From contig OZ245006.1 in NCBI GenBank assembly GCA_965223545.1, positions 5,216,001-5,280,000 on the forward strand: DNA of 64,000 bases, read 5' to 3'. Shown here piece after piece: positions 1-10,357 of the stretch (position 1 is its first letter; every line of letters starts with the position of its first letter). The translations under genes were made by a program, and so were the position numbers. The notes beneath the pieces were generated by a model. The model was not told the DNA's origin. It was given only the letters and a program-made list of their open reading frames with translations, and did no database searches. This stretch comes from Planctomycetota bacterium. GTDB lineage: Bacteria; Planctomycetota; UBA1135; UBA2386.

Positions 1-797
1 GAGGCGCCGGAGGCTCAGCGCGGCCACGGCCGCAACCAAACTCGGATGCCGCTCTTCCCGGAGCGGCTTGGAAGGTCCGACCCATCCGCCGCCGCGCTGA
101 GCCAGGAGGCACTGTCTCTCCGAGCCTCCGGCGCGGCGGCGACGTTGCCATGTCGGCGACGTCGCCTCGAGAATGATGTCGAAGCTCGAAGATTCGAGGC
201 GCCGGAGGCTCAGCGCGGCCACGGCCGCAACCAAACTCGGATGCCGCTCTTCCCGGAGCGGCTTGGAAGGTCCGACCCATCCGCCGCCGCGCTGAGCCAG
301 GAGGCACTGTCTCTCCGAGCCTCCGGCGCGGCGGCGACGTTGCCATGTCGGCGACGTCGCCTCGAGAATGTTGTCGAAGCTCGAAGATTCGAGGCGCCGG
401 AGGCTCAGCGCGGCCACGGCCGCAACCAAACTCGGATGCCGCTCTTCCCGGAGCGGCTTGGAAGGTCCGACCCATCCGCCGCCGCGCTGAGCCAGGAGGC
501 ACTGTCTCTCCGAGCCTCCGGCGCGGCGGCGACGTTGCCATGTCGGCGACGTCGCCTCGAGAATGTTGTCGAAGCTCGAAGATTCGAGGCGCCGGAGGCT
601 CAGCGCGGCCACGGCCGCAACCAAACTCGGATGCCGCTCTTCCCGGAGCGGCTTGGAAGGTCCGACCCATCCGCCGCCGCGCTGAGCCAGGAGGCACTGT
701 CTCTCCGAGCCTCCGGCGCGGCGGCGACGTTGCCATGTCGGCGACGTCGCCTCGAGAATGTTGTCGAAGCTCGAAGATTCGAGGCGCCGGAGGCTCA
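1..797. repeat. Tandem array of a 195-bp GC-rich unit (4 full copies plus 17 bp; may extend left of the window)
   Basis: Unit starts at 1, 196, 391, 586 and 781 (partial). The only difference seen is GAATGATGTC in copy 1 vs GAATGTTGTC in copies 2-4. Internal inverted repeats at unit positions 4-16/122-134 and 12-24/91-103. Confidence 0.97.
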
Positions 798-804
798 ACG
801 GTCC

Positions 805-2595
805 TCAGTCGCTCGCGACGGTGTGGCCGTGCAACGCGCTGAGCAGGTCGGCGAGGGCGAACGGTTTGGTCAGGTAGCCCGTGCACCCGGCCTGACGGCA
901 GCGCAGCTCGTCGTCGCGCATGGCGTGGGCGGTGAGCGCGATGATCGGCACCGCGCAGCCCGCTTTGCGAAGGGCGGCGGTGGTCGCGTAGCCGTCCATT
1001 CGTGGCATCCGCATGTCCATCAGAATCGCGGACAAGTCGGGATTCTCCTGCCACGTCGAAAGCGCCGCCTGGCCGTCGCCGGCGACGCTGACCTCGAACC
1101 CGTTCAGGCGCAGGTAGCGCTGCACGAGGCGCTGGACCTCCGGACTGTCGTCCACGAGCAGGACGTGGCCGGCGCCGCGCTGGTTCGACGGGCCGTTGCC
1201 GCCGCGGCTCGAGTCCTGCTCGTCGCCGCGCAGCGCGACCGTGATGGTGAAGCGCGAGCCACCGTGGTCGCGCGCCTCAACGGTCACATCGCCGCCCAGG
1301 AGGCGGGCCAGGCGCCGCGAGATCGGCAGGCCGAGGCCGGCGCCACCGTCGCGCAGATCGCTGGGCGCGTCCCCTTGCTCGAACTCCTCGAAAATGCGGG
1401 CGACCCTGTGCACCGGGATCCCGGGTCCGCAGTCCTCGACGCGAAGCGCCAGGCGCTGCCTCTGCGGACCCGCCGACTGGATGCTGGCATGGATGTCGAT
1501 GTCACCGCTGTGCGGTGCCGAGAACTTGATCGCGTTGCCGACGACGTTGATGAGGATCTGCTGCAGTCGGGTCGAATCGGTCCGCACGGTCGCGGGAACG
1601 GCGCTGGACACCGACGTGCGCAAGGTCAGTCCGCGGGAGTTTGCCTGGGGTTGTAAGAGGGTGCGAACATCGTCGAGCAACGCCCTGGGGTCGGTTGCCC
1701 GAAGCTCGACCTGCACTTGCCCGGCCTCCATCTTGCTCAGGTCGAGGATGCTGTTGACCAGCGAGAGCAAGTAGCGGCCGCTGCGCGCGATCGTGTCGAC
1801 GGCGTCGCGCTGTTCGGGAGTCGCGACCTCGCCCAGATCGTGGCCGAGCTGTTCGCTGAAACCCAGGATCGACGTCAGCGGGGTGCGGACCTCGTGGCTC
1901 ATGTTGGCCAAGAACATCGTCTTCGCCCGCGAGGCGTGTTCGGCGCGGTCGCGAGCGGCGCGCAGGTCCGCCGCTTGTTGCTCCAGCTTCTCTTCGGCGG
2001 AAGAGAGCCGCCGCACCGCGCCGCGCAGTTGCTCGATGGTCTGTCTGGCCACGATGCACGAGGCCGTCATCGACGCCACGATGCGCAGGATGTCCACGTG
2101 ACCCTGGTCGAAGTAGTGCGGCTGCGAGTGTTCCGAGTCGAGCACGCCGACGACCCGGTCGTCGTAGAGCATCGGCACCGCCAGCTCGGAGCACCGCGCG
2201 GCGTCGTCGACGATGTAGCGCGGATCCTGCCGGACGTCGCCGACGAGCTGGATCTCGCGACTCGCCGCGGCGGCGCCGACGATGCCCTCGCCGACGGGGA
2301 TCTCGATCGGGTTCAACAGCTGATCGGAACGCGGGTTCTTGGGCCCGTGCGCGGCGGCTTGCACCAGTACGTCGCGCCTGGCGTCGAGCAGATAGACGAC
2401 ACAGTCCTCGAACTCCAGCTTGGCGATAGCCTGCCGGACGACCGTCCACACGACGTCGTGCAGCGTCTTCTGTTGCAGCAACGATTGCGCGAAGTCGCCG
2501 ATCACGCGAGCCTGGTGCTCGCGCCGCTGCAGCTCTACCAGCAGCTCCTCGGTGTTCGGAGGCCGCGGCGCGCCCGCGTCGGATGGAGACGGCAC
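805..2595 (-). CDS. Cytoplasmic hybrid sensor histidine kinase (GAF-HisKA-HATPase-REC)
   Basis: GAF-like N-terminus (GEGIVGAAA, SELAVPM), H-box FLANMSHEVRTPL, N-box QILINVVGNAIKF, G-boxes DCGPG and GAGLGL, receiver LLVDD...MDMRMP...KP. GTG start. Confidence 0.93.
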   Translation of the reverse strand: MPSPSDAGAPRPPNTEELLVELQRREHQARVIGDFAQSLLQQKTLHDVVWTVVRQAIAKLEFEDCVVYLLDARRDVLVQAAAHGPKNPRSDQLLNPIEIPVGEGIVGAAAASREIQLVGDVRQDPRYIVDDAARCSELAVPMLYDDRVVGVLDSEHSQPHYFDQGHVDILRIVASMTASCIVARQTIEQLRGAVRRLSSAEEKLEQQAADLRAARDRAEHASRAKTMFLANMSHEVRTPLTSILGFSEQLGHDLGEVATPEQRDAVDTIARSGRYLLSLVNSILDLSKMEAGQVQVELRATDPRALLDDVRTLLQPQANSRGLTLRTSVSSAVPATVRTDSTRLQQILINVVGNAIKFSAPHSGDIDIHASIQSAGPQRQRLALRVEDCGPGIPVHRVARIFEEFEQGDAPSDLRDGGAGLGLPISRRLARLLGGDVTVEARDHGGSRFTITVALRGDEQDSSRGGNGPSNQRGAGHVLLVDDSPEVQRLVQRYLRLNGFEVSVAGDGQAALSTWQENPDLSAILMDMRMPRMDGYATTAALRKAGCAVPIIALTAHAMRDDELRCRQAGCTGYLTKPFALADLLSALHGHTVASD

Positions 2596-2725
2596 TTACC
2601 GGTGATGTTGGCGTCATGCCAGGGTGCTCGCAAGGGGCGACTCGGCGCCACCCAGTGCAGGCGGGCTCAGATCCACCGATGGCATGGACGCACGCGGCGC
2701 CGCGGTCGGCGCGGCTGTCGCGCGC

Positions 2726-4063
2726 TCAGGGCAAGAAGGCCGCGCGCCGTTCGAGCTTGGCGGGCAGGTACTCGTCGATGACGTAGTTGAGGCCCCACTT
2801 TGCCAGCGCCTGCTGCTCGGCGCGGACTCCCATCTCCAGCAGCTGCTCGATGGCGCGGCGCCAGGCTGCGTGCGCGCGAAAGAACGGGTCGTTCTTCAAC
2901 GCGTCCTTGGCGCGCTTGCGGTCGACGTCGGCGAGCGGATGCGTCGCGTCCTCCAGCGAGAAGTCGATGATGTCCTGCGGCGTGACGCCCAAGAAGCACG
3001 CCTTGGGCACGCAGAAGAACTGGCTCAGGTGCGCGGCGTTGCCGGAGCCGACCTTGAGGGTGCGGTAGATGTTCGAGATGCCGTAGGGATCGCAGTCGAC
3101 GAACGCGTACACCGGGATCTTCAGGTCGTCGCTTAGCTTGCGCGTGAAGCGGCGCGTGGCGCGCGTCGGGACGCCGCCCATCTCGATGATGATGCATCGC
3201 CGACTGCGCCAGAAGCGGTGGTGATGCAGGCGGTTCCACATGCCGCCGGTCTCGATCGCCAGCACGAACTCGGCGTCGGTCTCGAACTTCAAGTGCTCGA
3301 CCGAGTTGGGGATGCTCCAGGCGCTGGTGCCGGTGGCCGCGCAGTCGATGCGGGTCGGGGCGCCGGTTTCCGGGTCGCGGTCGATCACCACCAGCTGTCC
3401 GGCGACCCGGCCGCCGTGTTCCTCGGGCACGAAGCGCAGCTGCTCGCGGTTGACACCTTCGAGCGAGAACATCGCCTCGATGTCGTCGAGCACGGTGTCC
3501 GACTCGGGCTGATCCTTGAACTTGGCATCGCCCCAGTTCTTGGATACGTAGTAGGCCTCTCGCTTGGTGGCGTGATCGTCGATGCCCACCATGTACTTGC
3601 TGAACGCCATCAGCTTCAGCGACTGGGCGAAGACCTTGACGGTGTTGACCGTCAGGGTGCGCTCCTTCGATTTGCGCCCCAGTTGGAAGTGGCCGATACG
3701 GCGGTCGTAGCGGACGTTGGAGAGAGTGCGCACCGGAAAGCGCATCATCGGCTTGCCCAGCCGGGCGATCTTGCGGTGTACGCCGGTGGCCGTGTCGTCG
3801 ATGCTGCGGATCGTGACTTTGTCCATCCGCGACAGGGGGACCTTGCGCCGCGCGGCCTTGGCGGTGGCCTTCTTGGTCGGCTGCTTCTTGGTCGCCTTCT
3901 TCTTTGGAGTCTTCTTCCTGGTTGCCTTCTTCGTGGCGGGCTTCTTCGTGGCGGGCTTCTTCTTCGTCGCCTTGCCCCTCTTGGGTTTTGCCTTGGAGGT
4001 CTTCTTCTTCGCCGGTTTCTTCTTGGGTACCGCCTTCTTCTTGCGTGACTTTTTCGCGGCCAT
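2726..4063 (-). CDS. top6A: DNA topoisomerase VI subunit A with Lys-rich N-terminal extension
   Basis: TKREAYY catalytic-Tyr motif, TOPRIM motifs LAIETGG and FVDCDPYG, C-terminal RAEQQAL; directly downstream of top6B. Confidence 0.93.
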   Translation of the reverse strand: MAAKKSRKKKAVPKKKPAKKKTSKAKPKRGKATKKKPATKKPATKKATRKKTPKKKATKKQPTKKATAKAARRKVPLSRMDKVTIRSIDDTATGVHRKIARLGKPMMRFPVRTLSNVRYDRRIGHFQLGRKSKERTLTVNTVKVFAQSLKLMAFSKYMVGIDDHATKREAYYVSKNWGDAKFKDQPESDTVLDDIEAMFSLEGVNREQLRFVPEEHGGRVAGQLVVIDRDPETGAPTRIDCAATGTSAWSIPNSVEHLKFETDAEFVLAIETGGMWNRLHHHRFWRSRRCIIIEMGGVPTRATRRFTRKLSDDLKIPVYAFVDCDPYGISNIYRTLKVGSGNAAHLSQFFCVPKACFLGVTPQDIIDFSLEDATHPLADVDRKRAKDALKNDPFFRAHAAWRRAIEQLLEMGVRAEQQALAKWGLNYVIDEYLPAKLERRAAFLP

Positions 4064-4066
4064 GAG

Positions 4067-5800
4067 TCAGAGCTTCCTGCTGCGCTGGAGAACCTCGGTC
4101 AGCTTCGCCACGGTCTTCGCCGTCTGTGCGTCGCTGAGCGACAAGATCTCGCGGAGTGCTTCGCCGATGTGCGGGATGTAGGTCTCGATGTAGCTGCGCT
4201 TCTTGTGCTCCGCGGCCAGCCGCCGTCCCTTGCGAATGTGGGTGCCGAGCTTGCGGCCGCAGTCCTGCAGTGCCAGCCGGATCTCCTTGAGGATCTCCGG
4301 ATAGCCGGCGATGGCCTCCTTCGACTCGGACGTGAAGGGCACCCACACCGAGGCGATGTGCACCAGGATCACCAGCGGGCCGACGGGGACCGTGCCGCGC
4401 GGCTGCTGCAGCCCGTAGCTGCGCCAGTTGGTCGCGACCACCGACTTGGTGATCGCGCACGCGGCCTGTTGGTACAGGAGAGGGACTCGGTTGGCGTAGC
4501 GGATCAGGCGGGCGGGTTCGTCGGCGTAGCCCATCAAGCCGTCGTCGGGCTTGCGCTTCTTCGCCGCTTTGCTCTCGACGATCCGGCCTTCGTCGGTGAC
4601 CTCGAGCGTGTCCCCTGGCCGGCCGAACGCCAGCCCGACCTCGATGGCGAACGGTCGGCCGCGGTAGACCACCGGGGGGCGCGACTTGGCGATGTAGAAG
4701 TCGGCTTCGACCTCCTTGCGCAGGCCGGCGAGAATCAGCTCTTCGCCGATCGGCGCGATGCACGACGTCGACGGGGCCATGATTTTGGTGGCGTCGATGG
4801 CCTTCTTCAGGCGATCGGCTTCCGCGCGGGCGATCCGCCGGGGATTGGCGCGCTCACTCACGCCGGCGCGGTCGCAGATCTCCTTTGCCACCTTGTTGCC
4901 CACCCGGCTGAACTCCTGGTTGAGGAACGCCGTCAGCCAGCGTTGGCTGCTGTCCTGCAGCATTCGAATCAGGATGCCCAGCTCGACGCCGTGGGGGTGG
5001 GGCTTGATCTCGGCGGTCTCCGGCGGGACTTCGTCGGTCGCCCGCTCGTATACGGTCTCATTGCCGTCCGGGTCGGTGAAGCGGATCTCGGCGTGCGGGT
5101 TGGTGACCGCACACAGCTTCAAGAACTCGTCGACGCTGCGCTGGCCGCGCCGGTACTCGCCTTCCATCGTCAGCTCGACCAGCGTGCCCCGTTTGGCGTC
5201 CCATTTGGTCTTGCGCTCGTCGGAAACCGGCTTGTTGCGGGCGGTGTCGATGCGCACGCGAAACTCGCGGGGCGTCGCCCGCGGCCCGGTGCGGCTGACG
5301 ACGCGCACCGGGATGCCCGTCGTCAGCTGTCCGTACATGCCGGCGGCGGAGATCCCGATCCCCTGTTGGCCGCGGCTCTGGCGCAGCCGATGGAACTTGG
5401 ACCCGTAGAGCAGCTTGCCGAAGATGTTCGGCACCTGCTGGGGCACGATGCCCGGGCCGTTGTCTTCGATCTCGATCGTGTAGGTCTGCTCGCGCTTGGG
5501 GTGGCGCTGGATCGCGATGCGCAGATCCGGCGCGCATCGCGCTTCCTCGCACGCGTCCAGGCTGTTGTCGACGGCTTCCTTGACCGCCGTGAGCAGTGCC
5601 TTGCGCGGGCTGTCGAAGCCGAGCAGATGGCGGTTCTTGGTGAAGAACTCCGAGACCGAGATCTCCCGCTGCTTCTTGGCCATCGCCTCGGCGGTGGACT
5701 TGGACCGCGACGACTCGCGGCCGCGGGCTTTGGCGGCTGGCTTGGGGCGGGCCTTCTTCGGTCGAGTCTTCTTCGGACGAGTCTTCTTTGGACGGGGCAT
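4067..5800 (-). CDS. top6B: DNA topoisomerase VI subunit B (GHKL ATPase)
   Basis: ISVSEFFTKN, EAVDNSLDA, DNGPGI, GKLLYGSKF, QSRGQQGIGIS, RYANRVPL, VPFTSESKEAIA. Start placed at ATG 5800 (MPRPKK); the ORF track extends to 5890. Confidence 0.95.
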   Translation of the reverse strand: MPRPKKTRPKKTRPKKARPKPAAKARGRESSRSKSTAEAMAKKQREISVSEFFTKNRHLLGFDSPRKALLTAVKEAVDNSLDACEEARCAPDLRIAIQRHPKREQTYTIEIEDNGPGIVPQQVPNIFGKLLYGSKFHRLRQSRGQQGIGISAAGMYGQLTTGIPVRVVSRTGPRATPREFRVRIDTARNKPVSDERKTKWDAKRGTLVELTMEGEYRRGQRSVDEFLKLCAVTNPHAEIRFTDPDGNETVYERATDEVPPETAEIKPHPHGVELGILIRMLQDSSQRWLTAFLNQEFSRVGNKVAKEICDRAGVSERANPRRIARAEADRLKKAIDATKIMAPSTSCIAPIGEELILAGLRKEVEADFYIAKSRPPVVYRGRPFAIEVGLAFGRPGDTLEVTDEGRIVESKAAKKRKPDDGLMGYADEPARLIRYANRVPLLYQQAACAITKSVVATNWRSYGLQQPRGTVPVGPLVILVHIASVWVPFTSESKEAIAGYPEILKEIRLALQDCGRKLGTHIRKGRRLAAEHKKRSYIETYIPHIGEALREILSLSDAQTAKTVAKLTEVLQRSRKL

Positions 5801-5888
5801 GCGCGCGTCTGGACCGGTGCGCAGTGTGCTGGCGGCGGAGTGGAAAGTCGAGGATCCGGCGCGGGCTTCGCGCATGATGGGCGGCGTC

Positions 5889-6491
5889 ATGACCAGCGCC
5901 GACCACGACCGATCGGATCGAGTGCCGGCCGCTGCCCCTGCGTCCGGAGTGTCGGTGCGCCGCTTGGCGATGGCGGCGGCGCTCTTGGCAGGCGCGTACC
6001 TGCTCTACCTGGGCGTCATGGCGGGCGTGCGCAGCTACACCTCGGGCCGCATCGCGCGGATGGAGGGCGCCGCTCTGCCGTCTTTCTCGCTGACCAGTCG
6101 TGACGGCGTGCGGTTCGACAACGCGGCCCTGCGGGGCAAGCCCGCGGTGCTCAACTTCTTCCGCTCCAAGTGCCACGGCTGCGACGCCGAGCAGGCCGAC
6201 ATTCGCGCACTGGTCGACGAGGTCCACCCCGCGCGCGCGACCGTGCTGGGGATCATGGTGGACGAGGTGCAGGGGTTTCCGGCCGCGGTGACCGAGCGCA
6301 CTCTGCAGGCCTTTCGCTACCGGCACCCCATCCTGATGGCCGACGCGGCATTCGTCGACGCGTTCCACGGCGCCGGCTGGTCGCACATCACCCCGATCAC
6401 CTACGTGGTCGACGCCGAAGGGACCGTGGTGGCGAGTTTTCGGCACCCCTACGAGCTCGACGCGCTGCGCGCGGCGCTGGCTCTTCCCTGA
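5889..6491 (+). CDS. Membrane-anchored TlpA/redoxin-family thioredoxin-fold protein
   Basis: One TM helix, then LPSFSL..DG, LRGKPAVLNFF, CHGC (CxxC), TPITYVVDAEG. Start uncertain (5889 or 5970). Confidence 0.75.
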   Translation: MTSADHDRSDRVPAAAPASGVSVRRLAMAAALLAGAYLLYLGVMAGVRSYTSGRIARMEGAALPSFSLTSRDGVRFDNAALRGKPAVLNFFRSKCHGCDAEQADIRALVDEVHPARATVLGIMVDEVQGFPAAVTERTLQAFRYRHPILMADAAFVDAFHGAGWSHITPITYVVDAEGTVVASFRHPYELDALRAALALP

Positions 6492-6581
6492 AGCCGGGGG
6501 CGCTTGGCCGGACGTGGGTTCGTCCCATGGCAGTGGGCTGCCCCGCCCCTGATTCCGGTCAATGGTATTCTAGGGGAGAGC

Positions 6582-9500
6582 ATGCGCGCTTCCCTCGCAA
6601 CCGCCACCCTGGCCATGGGTCTGCTTCCGCTGCTGTCTGCGTGCGGTGCGGGTGCGGTCGCCGGCTTCATCGCCGGGACGAGCAGCGGGGATCCGCAGTC
6701 GCCGCGCGCCGCGCCCGCGCTGGTCGTGTCGGTCGCCTCGGGGCCGCTCCGCTTGCCGCTGCAGGCCGTGACCCGCACCGTCGACATCAACAACTACGAG
6801 CTTCCGGTCGGCGCCGGCTTCTCCGTCGAGCTGCGCGCGTTGGGCGTGGTCTCACCGCTCGCCGCGGTCGTGCAGCGGTCGACGGCAGGCCTGACGAAGA
6901 TCCTGTTCCAGGACTCGCACAAGGAGATCGGGGAGGCCGCCCTGAAGCGGCCGGCGGGCGCGAAGGCCGACGTCAACGCCACGCTCTGGGTCTTGGTCGA
7001 TGGCGAGCCGGTGGCGCCGGCGATCCCGTACACGTTGAGGCGGGAGCGTGAGGTGCAGGTGGAGTCGAGCGCTGCCAACGAGTTCGCCTCCGTGATCGGC
7101 AACAGCAGGGTCCGACTGCGGGTCAGCGGCTACCCCGGTGAAGAACAGCTGCAGAATCTGCTGATTCAGCACGCGACCCGGGCAACACCGATCACGCCGA
7201 TTGCCGGCTTCGTGCAGAAGATCTCCGGGGCCGAGGAGTTCTTCGTCGACATCGTGCCGCCGCGCGTGCCCGCGCCCGGCCGGATGTTGCTCGTCGGCGT
7301 GGACGACGACGGCGGCACCTGGCCCGAGGTGACGTCGATCTACTACCGCCCCGAGCTCATCGGCGTCTCACCGGCGTTCGGCTCGGGGGAGGGGGGCGCG
7401 CGGCTGACTCTGGTCGGCCAGGGCATGGTTCCGCTGCAGTACCTCGGCGCAACCCCGGTGCCCAACTTCGCGAAGGTCACCATCCGCTTCCGCAAGGGCG
7501 GGCGGATCATCGAGGTGCCCGGCACTGCGATCCAGGCATCGACCTCATCGAGCTTCGACCTGCTCGCTCCACCGAGTCCGGATGGGCGTCCCGGAGCCGC
7601 GGCCGTGGCGGTCGTGACCGAGCTCGAGGATGGAGTGATCGCCGAGCACGAGCTCAGCGACGTGTTCGTCTATCGGCGGCCGCGGCCGAACTTCGGTCCG
7701 CGGGGCGCGCTGCTGACGGCTGCGCCGGCGGCCGACACACCGATCGGTCAGGGTGGCGGTATCGATGATTGGGCGGTGATCCACGACGTCGGCGGCGTGC
7801 CGCACTACGACCTGTTGTTCTCGGAGGGCAACGGCATGCTCTCGAGCGCCGGTCGGGTCGCGCCGGCCGCGCTCCCGGGAATGGCCTTGGCGCGCGTTCC
7901 GATCGATGTCTGCGCCGGCGACTACGACAATGACGGCGATGAGGACCTGATCGTCATCAACCGCAACGTCAACCGGTCGGCGAGCCACACCATCCTGGAG
8001 AGCCGGTCGCCACCGGAGGTGCCGCTGCACTTGGTGCCGTCGACCATCGACTTCATCGGCGAGGCCGCGCTCGGCCGCGGCGGTGATCTGGACGGGGACG
8101 GGCGCGATGACTTGGTCGTGTTGCAGGCCCTTGGCTCGGGTGGAGCCACTTCGATCTTCTACAGCCGGGTTGCGGCCGGTGTGTGGTCGTTCGAGCCGGC
8201 GCTTCCGGACCCGCGTATCACGGTCCAGGCTCCCTTCGACACGCTCGAGATCGCCGACGTCGATGACGACGGCAACCAGGATCTGGTGATGGCGCGCGGC
8301 GGCGTCGAGATGCGACTCACCGTCGCATATGGCGATGGGCGTGGCGGATTCGAGGAGGTCATCGCGACACCGGTGCGCGTGCCGGGCTACGTCCCGGGTA
8401 CCGCTTCCCGCGCCGTCGGCATCCATCCGCTGACAGGCTCGGGGGCGGCCAAGACACTGGGGTTGGTTCTCGAGGGGATCGATGCCAGCGTCTCGACCCG
8501 GCCGACCATCGTCGTGCTGTCGCCCGACACCGCGCGTTCGTACCGGTCTCCGCTGGTCGAAGAGGTGTTTTCGCTGTTGGGCGCCAAGGAGATCGTCGCC
8601 AGCGATGCCGGTGACTTGGACGGCGACCAGGTCGGGGAGATCGTCGTCGCGACGACCGACGGCTCGATCCCACAGCTGTTGCGCGTGCTGCGTTGGGACG
8701 GGGCGCGGATCAGTGAGGTCTCCGGCGCGGTCGAGCGGACGGCGGAGCCGCTGCGTGGGCTGCGCCAGGTCCGCGTGCGCACCGCGGCGGAGCCGACGCC
8801 GCAGAGCAGCGCACGGGTCATGGGGGTCTTCGTACAGCACCAGCAGATCACGACGGTCGGCCCGGAAGAGCGCGTTTCGGTTTGGGTCGCCGACCCGGGG
8901 CCGCCACTGCTGTTGCGTGCTCCGGACTCGGCCCTCATCGAGCCGACGGCGATCTACGGGCTGGCGCTCGGCAACTTCTCGGGGGACGCCGTCGACCCCA
9001 ACGATCCGAGCCGCACGGCCCTGGAGGTGATGCAGCTGACCGCTGCCGGCTACCGCTGGTCGGGCAACGACGGCGTCGGCGCGCTTTCGCGGCGCGGCGA
9101 GTTCGGCGCGTCGGCGCTGGTCCCGGGGACCATCGTGCGGGTGCCTGCCGATGCCGCGCGCTCCACCGATGCGGTCGCGTGTCTCTTGGAGAACGGGTTC
9201 GTGTCGTTCTTGCTGCCGGACTCGGGTCCGGTGCCGTCGAGCCGGAGCTTGAGAAGCTACGTGCCCGGTGCCGCCAACTGGGAGCTGGATCCGCGCTCGC
9301 GGCTGATGGCGGCGGACGTCGACCGCGATGGGTTGACCGACCTCGTCGTCTTGCTGGCACTGCAAGATCCCGTTTCGGCCTCCAACTCGGCCTTCTGTAT
9401 CGCGCTGCTGCGTGGCAGCGGCGACTCCGGTTTGGCGACGTTCCCCTTTCATCTGCCGGACGCGCTGCAGAGCGCGATTCCCGAGTTCACGGCGGGCGCC

Positions 9501-10190
9501 TTGGGCGACTTCGCGCAGGGAACCAGTGCGCTCGAGCTGGCGGTGGCCGTCCGCGGAGCCCCGCCGGGAACCGGAACCCCGCGGATCGATTTCTATCGGC
9601 ACGAGCCCGGTGGGCCGTCGCCGACGGACGATCTGCTGGTGCCGTCGTTCAGCAGCACGGCGCTGTCGGCGTTGACGACCGGAGACCAGCCCGAAGCCCT
9701 GTCGGCGGGTGACTTCGACCGCAACGGCCAGGACGACTTGGCGGTTGCGTCGACCGATGTCTTGCGCGTGTTCCTCAACGACGGCAGCTTCGACGCTGCC
9801 AAACCACAAGAGGTGCATCTGGCGGCCTTCCAGCCCAACCTCAACACCGCCGTGCTTCCCCCGGGAGTGCCGCGCCACGTCCTGGTCGGCGACGTCAACG
9901 GCGACCGCGCCCTCGACGCCGTCGTCGTCACCGAAGAACCCGGCCCCGACTACGAGGTCGCGGTCCTCGACAACAGCGGCACCGGCGACTTCTCGCTGAT
10001 CGGCGTGCTATCGGAGATTCGCACCGGCAATGAGGTGCAGATCGTCGGCCCACCCCAGCTGCGCGGTGTGCCGCTCTTCCCGGCAATGGGCGACCTCAAC
10101 TTCGACGGCGTGCCCGATCTGGTGTTGGGCTGGGAGTCCGCGGGGGGCGCGGACAGGAACCTGCGGGTGCTGTTCGGCGCGGCGCGGTAG
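6582..10190 (+). CDS. Large lipoprotein with IPT/TIG-like domain and FG-GAP/VCBS repeats
   Basis: GGGGAG RBS before ATG 6582; lipobox LLSAC; VSPAFGSGEGGARLTLVG (TIG-like); many GDxDxDGxxD repeats (e.g. GDYDNDGDEDL, GDLDGDGRDDL, GDLNFDGVPDL). Confidence 0.85.
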   Translation: MRASLATATLAMGLLPLLSACGAGAVAGFIAGTSSGDPQSPRAAPALVVSVASGPLRLPLQAVTRTVDINNYELPVGAGFSVELRALGVVSPLAAVVQRSTAGLTKILFQDSHKEIGEAALKRPAGAKADVNATLWVLVDGEPVAPAIPYTLRREREVQVESSAANEFASVIGNSRVRLRVSGYPGEEQLQNLLIQHATRATPITPIAGFVQKISGAEEFFVDIVPPRVPAPGRMLLVGVDDDGGTWPEVTSIYYRPELIGVSPAFGSGEGGARLTLVGQGMVPLQYLGATPVPNFAKVTIRFRKGGRIIEVPGTAIQASTSSSFDLLAPPSPDGRPGAAAVAVVTELEDGVIAEHELSDVFVYRRPRPNFGPRGALLTAAPAADTPIGQGGGIDDWAVIHDVGGVPHYDLLFSEGNGMLSSAGRVAPAALPGMALARVPIDVCAGDYDNDGDEDLIVINRNVNRSASHTILESRSPPEVPLHLVPSTIDFIGEAALGRGGDLDGDGRDDLVVLQALGSGGATSIFYSRVAAGVWSFEPALPDPRITVQAPFDTLEIADVDDDGNQDLVMARGGVEMRLTVAYGDGRGGFEEVIATPVRVPGYVPGTASRAVGIHPLTGSGAAKTLGLVLEGIDASVSTRPTIVVLSPDTARSYRSPLVEEVFSLLGAKEIVASDAGDLDGDQVGEIVVATTDGSIPQLLRVLRWDGARISEVSGAVERTAEPLRGLRQVRVRTAAEPTPQSSARVMGVFVQHQQITTVGPEERVSVWVADPGPPLLLRAPDSALIEPTAIYGLALGNFSGDAVDPNDPSRTALEVMQLTAAGYRWSGNDGVGALSRRGEFGASALVPGTIVRVPADAARSTDAVACLLENGFVSFLLPDSGPVPSSRSLRSYVPGAANWELDPRSRLMAADVDRDGLTDLVVLLALQDPVSASNSAFCIALLRGSGDSGLATFPFHLPDALQSAIPEFTAGALGDFAQGTSALELAVAVRGAPPGTGTPRIDFYRHEPGGPSPTDDLLVPSFSSTALSALTTGDQPEALSAGDFDRNGQDDLAVASTDVLRVFLNDGSFDAAKPQEVHLAAFQPNLNTAVLPPGVPRHVLVGDVNGDRALDAVVVTEEPGPDYEVAVLDNSGTGDFSLIGVLSEIRTGNEVQIVGPPQLRGVPLFPAMGDLNFDGVPDLVLGWESAGGADRNLRVLFGAAR

Positions 10191-10357
10191 GGGCGGGAGG
10201 CAGGAGCGTGGTTGCGCGCAATCGCGCTCGGAGTCACTGTTTGCGAGCGGTGGAGAGACGAGCGAAAGCGCGCGAGGATCTGGAGGATCGCGTTGTGCTA
10301 TGGGGATTGACGACGGATGAACAGCGCACGAGACTAGTTGCGAACACAGGAGGTGTC

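Noticed and set aside
1..797. CRISPR array
   Set aside because: Units are identical over their whole length with no unique spacers, and no cas genes are present.
46..1656. 536-aa ORF with 65-aa repeats
   Set aside because: Arises from the 195-bp (multiple of 3) DNA repeat and then runs antisense to the histidine kinase; no protein features.
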